Shown here one piece after another: positions 8,988 through 19,785 of a DNA stretch of 64,000 bases. The first letter of the stretch is position 1, and each line of letters begins with the position of its first letter. The position numbers and the translations under genes were made by a program. The stretch covers positions 4,280 to 68,279 of the forward strand of contig CALGMT010000015.1 of assembly GCA_937958885.1 (NCBI GenBank), read 5' to 3'. The notes under the pieces are model-generated. The model was not told where the DNA came from. It saw only the letters and a list, made by a program, of their open reading frames with translations, and did not search any database. The DNA is from an uncultured bacterium (GTDB lineage: Bacteria > Verrucomicrobiota > Kiritimatiellia > CAIVKH01).

Positions 8988-10067
8988 TCAAACGCCGAGG
9001 TGCTTTTGGAGTTTCAGTTCGATGTCGCGCTGGTAGAGCGCGTTCACGAGCGGATCGAGTTCGCCTTCGATCACGCGGTCCAGATTGTAGAGCGTCAGGT
9101 TGATGCGGTGATCGGTGACGCGGTTCTGTGGAAAGTTGTACGTGCGGATGCGTTCGCTGCGGTCGCCGGAACCGACCTGCGACTTGCGGTCGCTCGCATA
9201 TTTCGCCTGCTCGTCGCTGCGAATCTTGTCGAGGAGGCGCGCGGCCAACACCTTCATCGCCCGATCTCGATTCTTGTGTTGCGAGCGCTCGTCCTGGCAC
9301 TGAACCACGAGGCCGGTCGGCAGATGCGTGATGCGCACGGCGGATTCGGTCTTGTTCACCTTTTGCCCGCCCGCCCCCGAAGCGCGAAAAAGATCGATGC
9401 GAATTTCTTCCGGCTTGATGATGACCTCGTCGGTCTCTTCCGCCTCGGGCAGGACCGCGACCGTCGCGGCGGAGGTGTGAATCCGGCCCTGCGCCTCGGT
9501 CTCGGGCACGCGCTGAACTCGGTGGCCGCCGCTTTCATAGCGCAGCACGCGATAGACATTTTCGCCTTCAACGCTGAATATGATTTCCTTATAGCCGCCC
9601 AGTTCCGAGGGGCTCGCGTCGATAAGCGAAACCGTCCACCCGCGCGCGTCGGCGAAGCGCGAATACATGCGGAACAGATCGCCTGCGAACAGCGCGGCCT
9701 CGTCGCCGCCCGTGCCGGCGCGGATTTCGACGATCGTATTGCGGCTGTCATCCGGATCCGGCGGCAGCAGCGCCATCTTGACGGCTTGCTCGGCCGCCGG
9801 CAGCTCCGCGTCGATCCGAGCCAGCTCGGCCTTCGCCATCTCGCGCATCTCGGCGTCATCGCCCATGGCCATCGCCTGCGCCTCCTCGCGCTCGCGCACG
9901 AGCCGGAAATACGCGTCCGCCCGACCGCGCAGCATCTGCACATTCTGATGCTCCGCGAGCAGCGCGCGGTATTTATTTCGGTTCGCGGCGGTCGCCGGGT
10001 CCGACAACTCGGCTTCGAGCACCGAGAGGCGCGCGGTCATTCGTTCGATGGAGGCAGGGTCAATCAT
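8988..10067 (-). CDS. prfA: peptide chain release factor 1
   Basis: ATG 10067 ([10 protein letters not shown]). GGQ loop [19 protein letters not shown] and RF1-type P-x-T region (RVPETE). Confidence 0.95.
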   Translation of the reverse strand: MIDPASIERMTARLSVLEAELSDPATAANRNKYRALLAEHQNVQMLRGRADAYFRLVREREEAQAMAMGDDAEMREMAKAELARIDAELPAAEQAVKMALLPPDPDDSRNTIVEIRAGTGGDEAALFAGDLFRMYSRFADARGWTVSLIDASPSELGGYKEIIFSVEGENVYRVLRYESGGHRVQRVPETEAQGRIHTSAATVAVLPEAEETDEVIIKPEEIRIDLFRASGAGGQKVNKTESAVRITHLPTGLVVQCQDERSQHKNRDRAMKVLAARLLDKIRSDEQAKYASDRKSQVGSGDRSERIRTYNFPQNRVTDHRINLTLYNLDRVIEGELDPLVNALYQRDIELKLQKHLGV

Positions 10068-10130
10068 ACAATCACGGGAGGAGGGCGAACCGAGCGCAGG
10101 CACGCGCAGAATCGGTTCAACGGCGCGACG

Positions 10131-10349
10131 CTACGTGGAGGCCCGCTCGGGCGGGGATTCTTCCTTGCGCTTGCACTCGCCCTGCCCGCACGCCGGGCAG
10201 GTGATCTGCTCGCCGTCGGCTGTTCGCGTCTGCGCGCGGCCGCACGACTGAAACGCGCGCCCGCGCAGCAACAGTCCGATCGAAAGCCCGATGGCGCACA
10301 GCGCGAGAACCGCTCCAATGGCAACGGCATATAAGAAGAATTGGCTCAT
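10131..10349 (-). CDS. small Cys-rich membrane protein (NqrM/FeoB-associated-like pattern)
   Basis: 72 aa with an N-terminal TM helix followed by SCG...CPACGQGEC. First gene of the prfA run. Function is not established. Confidence 0.5.
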   Translation of the reverse strand: MSQFFLYAVAIGAVLALCAIGLSIGLLLRGRAFQSCGRAQTRTADGEQITCPACGQGECKRKEESPPERAST

Positions 10350-10444
10350 TGGTCTAGGAATAACCTATGCCGCCGCACCCCTACGGTCAAGCCGCGGCAA
10401 GCGGGCGGCATGTGCTGACCCGCGGATTTCTCCCTGGGGAATTA

Positions 10445-11002
10445 ATGTTCGCCGACAAAGCCCGGACGCTGCATAGTCTACACATGTCGATGCACCAACG
10501 ATACGGCACATTGGCGGAGATCGATTGGGGGGCGTGGCAGCCGGTGGAGCGCGCCACGTTGCTGTTCGTCATTCGCGGCGAATCGATCCTGCTTATCCGA
10601 AAGAAGCGCGGACTCGGCGCGGGCAAGATCAACGGGCCGGGCGGGCGCCTCGATTCCGGCGAGACGCCACTCCAATGCGCCATTCGCGAAGTGCAGGAGG
10701 AACTGCTGATCACGCCGACCGATGTGCGGTCCGCAGGCGAATTGCTGTTCCAGTTCGCGGACGGCCACTCGATCCACGGCTATGTCTTCACCGCCGGCGG
10801 TTGCGAGGGCGAACCGCAATCCACGCACGAGGCCGATCCGCTTTGGACGCCTCTCGATCGCATCCCCTACCCCGAAATGTGGGCCGACGATCGCATTTGG
10901 ATTCCGTTGATGCTGGAGGGCCGCCGCTTTACTGGACGATTCCTCTTTGATGGCGATGCGATGCTCGGCTACGATCTTGTCGCGGAAGGAGCAAGTCCTT
11001 AG
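10445..11002 (+). CDS. NUDIX hydrolase, MTH1/NUDT1-like (probable 8-oxo-dGTP diphosphatase)
   Basis: Nudix box [26 protein letters not shown]. The C-terminal [24 protein letters not shown] resembles MTH1-type enzymes. Start uncertain: ATG 10445 has GGGGA upstream, and 10484 is an alternative. Confidence 0.85.
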   Translation: MFADKARTLHSLHMSMHQRYGTLAEIDWGAWQPVERATLLFVIRGESILLIRKKRGLGAGKINGPGGRLDSGETPLQCAIREVQEELLITPTDVRSAGELLFQFADGHSIHGYVFTAGGCEGEPQSTHEADPLWTPLDRIPYPEMWADDRIWIPLMLEGRRFTGRFLFDGDAMLGYDLVAEGASP

Positions 11003-11010
11003 CTGCGGGG

Positions 11011-12756
11011 ATGATGCAAACGGAATCGCTGTGGTGGACTATTTTCCGCCTTTTGGGCGGATTGGCGCTGTTTATCTTCGCCATCAAGTTGTTGACCAGC
11101 GGCCTGCAGGCCGCAGCGGGCCGATCCCTGCGCGGTCTAGTGCGCAAGGCGACGCGAGGACGCTGGATCGGCAGTGCACTCGGAATCCTGCTCGGATTCC
11201 TCCTGCACAGCAGTGCGACGACGGTCATGATCGTGGGGTTCCTGCACGCGGGGTTGCTCACCCTTTCGCAGGCCTTTGGTCCCATCGTGGGCGCCAACAT
11301 CGGGACCACGTTCTCGATGCAACTAATCTCGTTCAAACTCGGCAACTATTTCTTTATTCCGATCCTGCTCGGCGTTGTGCTTCAACTGGCGGCGCCGCGC
11401 CGGCCATGGGATGCCGCCGGGCAGGCGCTGGTCGCGTTCGGCCTTCTATTTCTCGCGATGAATCTGATGAGCGGCGCGGTCGCCCCGCATCGCGACCTGT
11501 TGCGCCCGATCCTGGCCGCGCCGCATGGCGCGGGGCTCGCGGGCCAACTCGCGGCGCTCGCGATCGCCGCGGTTGGAACGGCCGCGATCCAAAGTAGCGG
11601 CGCGATGATCGGCATTCTCTTCGCCTTGATCGAGGCCGGCGTATTCCAGAGCATTGAGCCGATCTTTCCGTTGGTCCTCGGCGCTCACATCGGCACGTGC
11701 TCGACCGCGCTGCTCGGCGCGATCGGCACGTCGATCGAAGCGCGGCGCGGCGCGCTTTCGCATCTTCTGTTCAATATCGTAGGCGCGGCGCTCGCGTTGG
11801 CCGCGGCGCCGCTGCTCATTCCCTTCATTCAAAGCACCTCGACAGACCTAATTCGGCAAACCGCCAACCTGCATACGACCGTGATGATTCTTGCGGCCGT
11901 CGCGATTTTGCCGCTCCGGCAGCCATTCATTTGGGCCGTCCGCGCGATTTCGCCATCCCGCGCGCCGCCGCCTCCGTCGAGTCATCTCGATGAAGCGGCC
12001 ATCGCGAAACCCGAACAGGCCATCTATCTGGCGATTCGGGAGCTGCAGCGCGTCGCGGTAATCTGCGAACAGACCTTCCGGCTCAATGCGGAGATTATGT
12101 TCCGGCTCAATCCGAAAACCCTGCGCACCATCCGCCGCAACGAGGAGGCGGTGGACGAAATCCAGCGCGCATTGAAACAATACTTGCGGGAACTGACCGG
12201 TCGCTATCTCTCCCGCCGTCAGGCGGTCATGATCCAGCATCTTAACCGCTGTATGATCGACATTGAGCGCATCGGCGATCACAACGAGAACATCGCCGAT
12301 CTAACCGAGCAACGTCTGCGCACACGGGGGGCCGCCTTCCCCAGCGAGGCACAGCGCGCCTTGTTCGGCCTGTTTGAGCAGGCGCACCGCGTGTTGAAGC
12401 TGGTGATCGAATCGCTGAACCCGGACCAGAAGGATTTTCAGGCCGTCGCGCATGCGATCCTTCAGGCGCGCGACGCATATGCGGAGCGCAGCCTCTCGGC
12501 AAAAGCGCTGTTCAGCGACAAGATCATCAACCACGAGTGGGCGCCGATCGCGGGCATTTTCTTGAGCGAGTATGTGGCCGAGTTCGACCGGCTCGTGCGC
12601 CACACGAAGATGATCGCGCTGGTGGAGAGCCAGCCGTATTTCTGGATCAAGCGCCAAAAACTAGGCCGTGTCGCCCCCGAGATGCCGGAACGATCTCCCG
12701 CGCGCGACGAGCCCCATGATTTCCTCGATCAATTGCAGAAAGAAGGTTTTGTCTGA
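11011..12756 (+). CDS. Na/Pi cotransporter family protein with PhoU-like C-terminal domain
   Basis: 581 aa. Duplicated membrane repeats (GANIGTT, GAHIGTC) followed by a helical PhoU-like tail. Confidence 0.9.
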   Translation: MMQTESLWWTIFRLLGGLALFIFAIKLLTSGLQAAAGRSLRGLVRKATRGRWIGSALGILLGFLLHSSATTVMIVGFLHAGLLTLSQAFGPIVGANIGTTFSMQLISFKLGNYFFIPILLGVVLQLAAPRRPWDAAGQALVAFGLLFLAMNLMSGAVAPHRDLLRPILAAPHGAGLAGQLAALAIAAVGTAAIQSSGAMIGILFALIEAGVFQSIEPIFPLVLGAHIGTCSTALLGAIGTSIEARRGALSHLLFNIVGAALALAAAPLLIPFIQSTSTDLIRQTANLHTTVMILAAVAILPLRQPFIWAVRAISPSRAPPPPSSHLDEAAIAKPEQAIYLAIRELQRVAVICEQTFRLNAEIMFRLNPKTLRTIRRNEEAVDEIQRALKQYLRELTGRYLSRRQAVMIQHLNRCMIDIERIGDHNENIADLTEQRLRTRGAAFPSEAQRALFGLFEQAHRVLKLVIESLNPDQKDFQAVAHAILQARDAYAERSLSAKALFSDKIINHEWAPIAGIFLSEYVAEFDRLVRHTKMIALVESQPYFWIKRQKLGRVAPEMPERSPARDEPHDFLDQLQKEGFV

Positions 12757-12835
12757 CCCCACCCGCGCCAGGCATGTTAGGAGCGGACGCAATTTCCTCG
12801 TGACACGTGCGCTGTCCTGCCCTAAGTAGGCGCGC

Positions 12836-13801
12836 GTGAGCACAACATCCAGCCGCCCAGGAACGTTGGCAGACTATATCGGCCTGATTCGTCCCGGATA
12901 CTGGATCAAAAACGTCTTCGTTGCGCCGGGCATGCTGCTCGCATTTTATTTTCAGCCCGGTCTCTCGTTGCGCGGACAGGCATTTGAAATCCTGCTGGCC
13001 CTCCTGAGCGCCTGCCTGACGGCATCGAGCAACTACGTCATCAATGAGATTCTCGACGCGCGCGGCGATGCGCTGCACCCGGACAAACGATTCCGCCCCA
13101 TCCCGTCCGGCCGCATCCGCATCGGCTGGGCCTACGCGTTGTGGGCCGCGCTCGCGCTGATGGGTTTCGCCTGCGCGGCCTTGGTGAACACCGGACTGCT
13201 GGCGTCCTGCCTCCTGCTCTGGGTGATGGGCCTCGCCTACAACGTGCCTCCGATCCGTTTGAAAGACCTGCCGTACGGCGATGTGTTGTCCGAATCGGTG
13301 AACAATCCGATCCGAATGGCAATCGGCTGGTACGCGATGGGCCTGACCGCGCCCCCGACCCTGTCGGTCCTGCTGGCCTATTGGATGTTCGGCGCCTTCC
13401 TGATGGCCATCAAGCGTTTCGCGGAGCTGCGTCACATCGGCGACCCGGCCGTCGCCGGCGCGTATCGCAATTCCTTTCGCTGGTATAACGAGGAGCGGCT
13501 GCTGGTCAGCGTCTTGTTTTATGCCGCCCTGTTCGGCATGTTTTCCGGCGTGTTCATCTCGCGCTATCGCATCGAACTGGTTCTTGCCACGCCCTTCGTT
13601 GCCGCGGCCATGGCAGCTTATTTTCGTATCGGATTCAAACCGCACAGTCCGGCAATGAATCCCGAAACCCTGTGGAGCTGCAAGGGCATCATGATTCCAG
13701 CTCTGCTCGCCTTTGCTGTTTGTTCGGTATTGTTGTTTGTCGATCTGGTGAAATTCACCGCCTTCTTCGCGCCGCGTTTTGCCCCGACCGCGATCCCGTG
13801 A
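12836..13801 (+). CDS. UbiA-family prenyltransferase, decaprenyl-phosphate phosphoribosyltransferase-like
   Basis: GTG start, 321 aa, polytopic. IRPGYWIKN, NEILDARGDALHPDKRFRPIPSG and KRFAEL resemble the Rv3806c-type branch of the UbiA superfamily. Confidence 0.8.
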   Translation: MSTTSSRPGTLADYIGLIRPGYWIKNVFVAPGMLLAFYFQPGLSLRGQAFEILLALLSACLTASSNYVINEILDARGDALHPDKRFRPIPSGRIRIGWAYALWAALALMGFACAALVNTGLLASCLLLWVMGLAYNVPPIRLKDLPYGDVLSESVNNPIRMAIGWYAMGLTAPPTLSVLLAYWMFGAFLMAIKRFAELRHIGDPAVAGAYRNSFRWYNEERLLVSVLFYAALFGMFSGVFISRYRIELVLATPFVAAAMAAYFRIGFKPHSPAMNPETLWSCKGIMIPALLAFAVCSVLLFVDLVKFTAFFAPRFAPTAIP

Positions 13802-15672
13802 GCCCGCGCGCGCAACAATACGGCTGGCGTGCTTTGTTTTCCGCGCTGGCCTTCGTGATCTCGATGCATGCCGCCGATCGTATTTTTTATCGCTGTCCGA
13901 TCACCAGCGACGAAAACAGTTACGTGTTTCAGGCAAACAATTTCATCGACGGCCTGATCGCGCGGCCCACGCCGCCGTTTCCGGAAGCGTTCCTGCACGC
14001 GATGATCGTGATTCACCACCGCGCGGGCTGGTTCTCTCGCTACCCGCCGGCGCATTCGCTCTGGCTCGTGCCCGGCGTTCTCCTCGACGACATCCGCCTT
14101 CCGGTCGCCGCCGCGGCCGCCCTTGCCATGTGGTGCTTGTGCGCGGCCGCCGCTGCGCTCGGCATCGCGCAGGCGCTCGTCGCCATTCCGCTGTTGCTTT
14201 CGCCCTATTTCATCTTCATGTACGGCACGCACTTGAGCCATACCAGCGGCCTGGCGATGGCTGCGCTGATGTGCTGGGCCTACATCCGCGGACAACAGAG
14301 CGCCCCGCGCGCGTGGATGGCGCTCGCAGGGCTCGCGTGGAGCTTCTTGTTCCTGAATCGCACCTACACCGCTATGCTGATGGCGATCCCGTTCGGCATC
14401 GATGCGCTCGCGGTGTGGGCCGTGCGCCGCTCGCGCGACGCCTTCTGGCGCGCGGCGTTGTTCGCCGCTGCCGCCGCGGTCGGCGTCGCGCTCTATCTGC
14501 TTTACAACCGCCTCGCGACCGGCGATGCGTTCACCGCCACCTATCTCTTCTACGAACCCAGCGAGGGACTCGGATTCGGACCGCGACGCACACAGGGCAT
14601 CGAGGTGCTGCACACGCCGGCGCGCGGATTCCGCAATTTCCTGGGCAATCTGCAATCCCTGAACACTTGGCTCTTCGGCTTTACCGGCTCGCTGTTGGCC
14701 GCAGCCGCGCTTGCAGCAGCAGGCTGGTCGCGCCGCTGGTCCGCCACGCTGTTGGGCACAGTCGTCGCGGTTTGGATCGGCTACATCGCCTTCTGGTATC
14801 CCGGCATTCCCAACGCAGGCGGGCCGGTCTATTTTTTCGAAACCCTCGCGCCGCTGCTGCTGCTGGTCGGGTTCGGCCTGCAGCGGCTCTGGAATGCCCA
14901 TGCAGCCTGGCCGCGCGGACGATGGATCGCGGGGGCTGCCCTCGTCGCGGCGCTAGGCGCGACTGTCTCGCCTTTTATCGCGCGCGAAGCCGGTCTTCGA
15001 GAGCAGAAACAGCGGTTCCGCCGCATGCTCGAAGACACCATAGACCGCCTTCCGTCAGGCGCTCTCGTTTTTTTCGAAAAAGTCCCGTTTCCCGATCATC
15101 ACGAACTGGCCTTCAATCCGCGCGGTCTCGAAAGCGATCGCCTCCGGGCGTTGAGTCAATATGAAGATAACGTGGCGATCCAACGTCTCTTCCGCCATCG
15201 TCCCGCCTTTCTCATTCATGGACTACAGCCGCTGTCCCCGATTCCCCTGCCCGCTCCGGAGCGGGTAATCATCAGCCGCGATGCGCACAAATTTCACCAC
15301 CGCACCGGGCGCGACGTCGACGTCGAGCAAGGCCTGCGCGTCCGCCTTGTACAAGAAGGCAGGGACCGCGCCGATTGGATCGCGTTTGGTCGGCAATTGC
15401 ATGTGCCGGCCGGCTGTTATCGCGTGCGCTGGCTCGGCGAATGCCGCGACATCGATCCCGCGCGCCCGACGATGGTAGATATCACCTCACGGCGCGGACG
15501 CGATCTCTGGGCTGAGACAAACTTCCACGGCACGAGCGACCGATTACTCGCGGAGATGACCCTGACACTCACAAATGCCATAACCGACATCGAGCCGCGA
15601 ATGAAATATGGCGGCTCGGGCGACCTCGTCGTGCGCCAAGTCCGCATCGAGGAAATTCTTACCGCTCCCTAA
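13798..15672 (+). CDS. GT-C fold glycosyltransferase (ArnT/PMT-like), polytopic membrane protein with soluble C-terminal domain
   Basis: GTG 13798 overlaps the UbiA stop (GTGA). Many TM helices, a first-loop acidic motif SDENSYVF as in ArnT/PMT enzymes, and a soluble tail of about 200 aa. The 42 upstream codons of the track ORF overlap the UbiA gene. Confidence 0.7.
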   Translation: MSPRAQQYGWRALFSALAFVISMHAADRIFYRCPITSDENSYVFQANNFIDGLIARPTPPFPEAFLHAMIVIHHRAGWFSRYPPAHSLWLVPGVLLDDIRLPVAAAAALAMWCLCAAAAALGIAQALVAIPLLLSPYFIFMYGTHLSHTSGLAMAALMCWAYIRGQQSAPRAWMALAGLAWSFLFLNRTYTAMLMAIPFGIDALAVWAVRRSRDAFWRAALFAAAAAVGVALYLLYNRLATGDAFTATYLFYEPSEGLGFGPRRTQGIEVLHTPARGFRNFLGNLQSLNTWLFGFTGSLLAAAALAAAGWSRRWSATLLGTVVAVWIGYIAFWYPGIPNAGGPVYFFETLAPLLLLVGFGLQRLWNAHAAWPRGRWIAGAALVAALGATVSPFIAREAGLREQKQRFRRMLEDTIDRLPSGALVFFEKVPFPDHHELAFNPRGLESDRLRALSQYEDNVAIQRLFRHRPAFLIHGLQPLSPIPLPAPERVIISRDAHKFHHRTGRDVDVEQGLRVRLVQEGRDRADWIAFGRQLHVPAGCYRVRWLGECRDIDPARPTMVDITSRRGRDLWAETNFHGTSDRLLAEMTLTLTNAITDIEPRMKYGGSGDLVVRQVRIEEILTAP

Positions 15673-15684
15673 CGGGACGGAACA

Positions 15685-16953
15685 TCAAGGCGTCAAGCGC
15701 TCGATTCCGCCCATGTAGGGGCGCAGCGCATCGGGCAGCAGTACACTGCCGTCCGCCTGCTGATAATTCTCCAAAATGGCCACCATCAGCCGCGCCAAGG
15801 CGACGCCGGAGCCGTTCAGCGTGTGAACAAACGCGGGCTTGCCCTCGGCATTCCGATACCGAATCCCCGCGCGGCGCGCCTGGAAATCCTCGAAATTGCT
15901 GCACGACGACACCTCCAGCCAACCGTTGTGGCCGGGCGCCCACAGCTCGATGTCATAGCACTTCGCCGCCGCAAAACTCAAATCGCCCGCGCAGAGTTGC
16001 ACGACGCGATAGTGAAGCCCGAGTTTGCGCAGAATGGCCTCGGCGTGGTTCGCGAGAAGCTCCAGTTGTTCATACGACGTGGACGGTTCGACGAATCGCA
16101 CCAGCTCGACCTTGTCGAACTGATGCACGCGGATCAGCCCCTTGGTCTCGCGCCCCGCAGATCCCGCTTCGCGCCGAAAACATGGCGTGTAAGCGGCAAA
16201 CGAAATCGGAAGCGGACGATCGATAATCTCGTCGCGAAAATAATTCGTGACCGGCACCTCGGCGGTCGGGATCAGCCAGAGATCGTCCGCCGGCACCGCA
16301 TACATGTCTTCTCGCATCTTCGGCAACTGCCCCGTTCCGGTCATCGATGCGGAGTTCACCACAAACGGCGGCGCCATCTCGGTGTACCCGTGCTCGCGCG
16401 TGTGAACATCGAGCATGAACTGAATCAGCGCGCGCTCCAGCCGGGCGCCTGCGCCGAGATAGAGCGGAAACCCCGCGCCGGTCATGCGCGCGGCCCGCTC
16501 AAAATCGAACAAGCCGAGCCGCTCGCCCAGCTCCACATGGTTGCGCGGCGAGAAATCGAAGACGCGCGGTTCCCCATGGATCCGCACCACCCGATTATCA
16601 GCGGCATCCCGCCCGTCCTGAACACTGGCGTGCGGCAGATTGGGCACGGCGATCCAAAGTGCATCGAGCCGCGCGTCCGTATCGCGCACTTGCTGGTCAA
16701 GCGCGGCAATCCGGTCGCCCAACTCGCGCATCTCCGCCTTGACGGGCTCGATGTCCTCACCCCGATGTTTGCGAACCCCGATTTCTTTGGATGCGGCGTT
16801 GCGGCGGTTCTTGAGCGCCTCGACCTCGGTCAGCAGCCGGCGTCGCTCGCGATCGAGCGCGAGGATGGCGTCGATATCCACAGCCGCGTGTTTGCGCGCA
16901 AGACCCGCGCGAACTGCCGCTTCATCCTCGCGCAACCGTTTGATGTCGAGCAC
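15685..16953 (-). CDS. serS: serine--tRNA ligase
   Basis: 422 aa with an N-terminal coiled-coil arm and class II motifs ([29 protein letters not shown]). Confidence 0.95.
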   Translation of the reverse strand: MLDIKRLREDEAAVRAGLARKHAAVDIDAILALDRERRRLLTEVEALKNRRNAASKEIGVRKHRGEDIEPVKAEMRELGDRIAALDQQVRDTDARLDALWIAVPNLPHASVQDGRDAADNRVVRIHGEPRVFDFSPRNHVELGERLGLFDFERAARMTGAGFPLYLGAGARLERALIQFMLDVHTREHGYTEMAPPFVVNSASMTGTGQLPKMREDMYAVPADDLWLIPTAEVPVTNYFRDEIIDRPLPISFAAYTPCFRREAGSAGRETKGLIRVHQFDKVELVRFVEPSTSYEQLELLANHAEAILRKLGLHYRVVQLCAGDLSFAAAKCYDIELWAPGHNGWLEVSSCSNFEDFQARRAGIRYRNAEGKPAFVHTLNGSGVALARLMVAILENYQQADGSVLLPDALRPYMGGIERLTP

Positions 16954-16956
16954 GCG

Positions 16957-17580
16957 CTATTCCTCCGTAAAATCGCGAAACATGTTGTAGGGGCTATCCG
17001 GATCAAGCGGGATGCCGAGCTCTAGCGCGCGTTCCTGCAAACGGATGAGCCAGGGCGGATCGAGATTTCGCGCGATCTGATCAAGCTCTTCCATGGAAGA
17101 GTAGGCCGCCATCGCGCTTTCCGGATTCGGGCTTAATTCGAGGCCCATCAGCGAGCAGATTCCGCGAATCACCTGGCGCTCCAACCGGCGGGCGAAGGTC
17201 TCCTCGTCCGCCCCCTCCGCCATCAACCGCACGTTCACCACCGCCACGCGCAGCTCCGGATTGTAGATACCGTGGTGAGCCACCGGCTGTTCGCCGGCGA
17301 ACAGGACGACCACGCCGAGCGACTCCGGCGAGAGGCGCGCGGCGGCGGCGCGCGCCACCTCGTCAAGGCTCGTCGGCGCGCCATCCAGCGACAGCGGCGA
17401 ATCAAGCGGAACGGGCAGCGCCAACTGCACGGCGGCCCACATGCGCACGCGCTCAACGAGCGCCGCGTCCAAGTCCCCGGCTACGGCAAGAGAAACAGGC
17501 GCGGGCGGTTGCGGCGGCTCTTCCACACCCCGCGCCGTCAGCGCCATCAGCGCGACAACCATCAATACGACACACTTCAT
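16957..17580 (-). CDS. hypothetical secreted protein
   Basis: ATG 17580 gives the signal-like MKCVVLMVVALMALTARG. No catalytic motif recognised. Confidence 0.55.
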   Translation of the reverse strand: MKCVVLMVVALMALTARGVEEPPQPPAPVSLAVAGDLDAALVERVRMWAAVQLALPVPLDSPLSLDGAPTSLDEVARAAAARLSPESLGVVVLFAGEQPVAHHGIYNPELRVAVVNVRLMAEGADEETFARRLERQVIRGICSLMGLELSPNPESAMAAYSSMEELDQIARNLDPPWLIRLQERALELGIPLDPDSPYNMFRDFTEE

Positions 17581-17666
17581 GACAAGCTCCCAAAAGTCAG
17601 GCGAGTGTACGCGAACGTCGCCGATGTTCAAGCCGCCGCGGCCTGAGGTGTGGCAAGCAGACGGCG

Positions 17667-17740
17667 CGCGCCCGGCAGGATTCGAACCTGCGACCGCCGG
17701 ATTAGAAATCCGATGCTCTGTCCGACTGAGCTACGGGCGC
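17667..17740 (-). tRNA. tRNA-Arg (anticodon TCT)
   Basis: 74-nt cloverleaf folded by hand: acceptor GCGCCCG/CGGGCGC, anticodon loop TTTCTAA, T-arm GCAGG-TTCGAAT-CCTGC. CCA is not encoded. Confidence 0.9.
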
Positions 17741-17850
17741 ATCCGAGAGACCGCGCGCAAAGATCCTATCACCCACCGGCGCGCTTCGCAAACGTAACGG
17801 CTTGAGTCTTTCCCTCGGAACGGCTAATATGCCCTCAAGCGGGAGGGCGA

Positions 17851-19785
17851 ATGTGGCGTGCGATAAATTTGCGTCAGGCTACTGTCGCGCTGGTCGTGGC
17901 GCCCGTTTTGTTGACGGCAGCCGTCATGATGACAGGCGGGTATCGGCTCCTGCGCGAAGCGGAGACGAAGGTCCAGGAGACGATATTTGCCAACCTCATC
18001 CAAGCGATCGGCGCGCAAGCGGATCAGCATTTTCTCACCCCCCTGCGCCTGCTGGAAGAGTTTTCACACCGCGCCGCCATCGGCCGGATGCCGCTCGACG
18101 ACCACGACGCAATGGCCGCCTACCTGGCCGAACGACTCCGCGTCATCAACGACGTTGCGTGGATATCATGGGGCGAGGAGCGTAACGGACGGTTTGTCGG
18201 CGCGCGACGCCGCGAAGATGGCGCAATTATCATTAACCGATCCGATCCATCTATTCACGGCGGCATTCCGGAGGAGCGCCTCGTTCATCTCGACGGATCG
18301 CTCGAGCCGATCGAAACGGCCCACCCGCCATACGACCCGCGCGTGCGTCCGTGGTATCGCGCCGCGGCCGAGCGCACGAATTTGATTTGGACCTCCGCTA
18401 CTCAATTTCACGAGGGCCGCGAGGGCGTCACCGTGGCGAAAGCCGTCCACGATCCCGAGGGCCGATTGATCGGGGTGTTCACCGTCGACTTCTTCACCGA
18501 ACAAATCGGCGCCTTTCTCGACACGCTGCGCGCCGGCCAGTCGGGTATATGCTTTGTTAAACACAAGGACGGCGCGCTCATTTTGCCGACCGGCCTTTCA
18601 CCGGATACGCGGCGCGCCTTTCTGCAAGAACACGAGCAGGCAATCCGACAATGGCGGGCTGCGCGGTCGGACGCCGCCGATCGCCCCGCCGCCCGCGTGC
18701 GCTTCGCCGGCGACAACTACCTGCTCGCCTTCAAAGAGTCGCACGTGGCGAACGGCTCCGGTTGGCATTGCGGCGTCTTGATGCCCGAACGCGAGTTCAC
18801 CGCGCCAGTCGCGCGGGCGACGCACATGCTGCTCGCGCTCGCGGCGTCCATCGCGATACTGGCTGCCGCGGCCGGCGCCGCAATCGCCTCGCGACTTGCG
18901 CGCAGCCTGCATGACCTGACCGACGACCTGCACGAAATCGGAGCGGGCCGGCTTCGCGCCAAACCCATCAGCGCTTCGGATCGGCTGCGCGAGGTGCAGG
19001 TCCTGCGCGGGGCAATCGAACAGATGAAAGAGGCGCTCCGCGACAATGCGCACTTGCTGACCGCCGTGGATCAGGCCGAGCGCGCAAGCAAAATCAAATC
19101 CGATGTGCTGGCCATGGTCGCGCATGACCTGCGTTCCCCGCTGCAGGTGATCAAGGGACATGGCAACCTCTTGCGCACAAACGCCGCCGATGCCGACGAA
19201 TCGTGGCTCGCGATCGAGCGCGCCTGCGACATCATGGAGCAACTCGTGCAAAACATGCTTGAGCTCTCCCGCCTCGAAGCCGGACGCCTGCCCGTCGCGC
19301 GCATTCCATTTCCGGTAGCCGAGGTCGTTCGGCGTTCGCACGGCGCCGTCTCGCTGGCCGCGCGCGCAAAAGCGCTGGCGATCCGCATGGAATTGGGCGA
19401 TCCGAACCTGACCATGCGGAGCGACCCGAAGCGGATCGAACAAATCCTGACCAACTTGCTGTCGAATGCCGTCAAATACACAACGAACGGTTGGATCGAG
19501 CTCGTGTGCAGACGCACGAATGGCGATGTCGAGTTTAACGTGGCCGATACCGGGCCGGGCATGACGCCGGAAGAACTTGAGATCGCGTTCGAACCCTTCA
19601 AACCCGGTTCCGCAGGACGCGGCCGCGCCGACAGCCACGGCTTGGGTCTCGCCATTTGCCTCAAATTGACGGAGCGGCTGGGCGGGACCCTTAAAGTCGA
19701 GAGCGAACCGGGCCGCGGCACGCGATTTAGCGTGCGCTTGCCGATCGAACTTCCCGATACCGGAACAAACGCCGGCGTCAATTGA
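17851..19785 (+). CDS. sensor histidine kinase (Cache-like sensor, HAMP, HisKA, HATPase)
   Basis: TM, then a Cache-like region ([10 protein letters not shown]...GVFTVDF), a second TM, H-box [11 protein letters not shown], and N/G boxes [21 protein letters not shown]. No adjacent response regulator. Confidence 0.9.
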   Translation: MWRAINLRQATVALVVAPVLLTAAVMMTGGYRLLREAETKVQETIFANLIQAIGAQADQHFLTPLRLLEEFSHRAAIGRMPLDDHDAMAAYLAERLRVINDVAWISWGEERNGRFVGARRREDGAIIINRSDPSIHGGIPEERLVHLDGSLEPIETAHPPYDPRVRPWYRAAAERTNLIWTSATQFHEGREGVTVAKAVHDPEGRLIGVFTVDFFTEQIGAFLDTLRAGQSGICFVKHKDGALILPTGLSPDTRRAFLQEHEQAIRQWRAARSDAADRPAARVRFAGDNYLLAFKESHVANGSGWHCGVLMPEREFTAPVARATHMLLALAASIAILAAAAGAAIASRLARSLHDLTDDLHEIGAGRLRAKPISASDRLREVQVLRGAIEQMKEALRDNAHLLTAVDQAERASKIKSDVLAMVAHDLRSPLQVIKGHGNLLRTNAADADESWLAIERACDIMEQLVQNMLELSRLEAGRLPVARIPFPVAEVVRRSHGAVSLAARAKALAIRMELGDPNLTMRSDPKRIEQILTNLLSNAVKYTTNGWIELVCRRTNGDVEFNVADTGPGMTPEELEIAFEPFKPGSAGRGRADSHGLGLAICLKLTERLGGTLKVESEPGRGTRFSVRLPIELPDTGTNAGVN

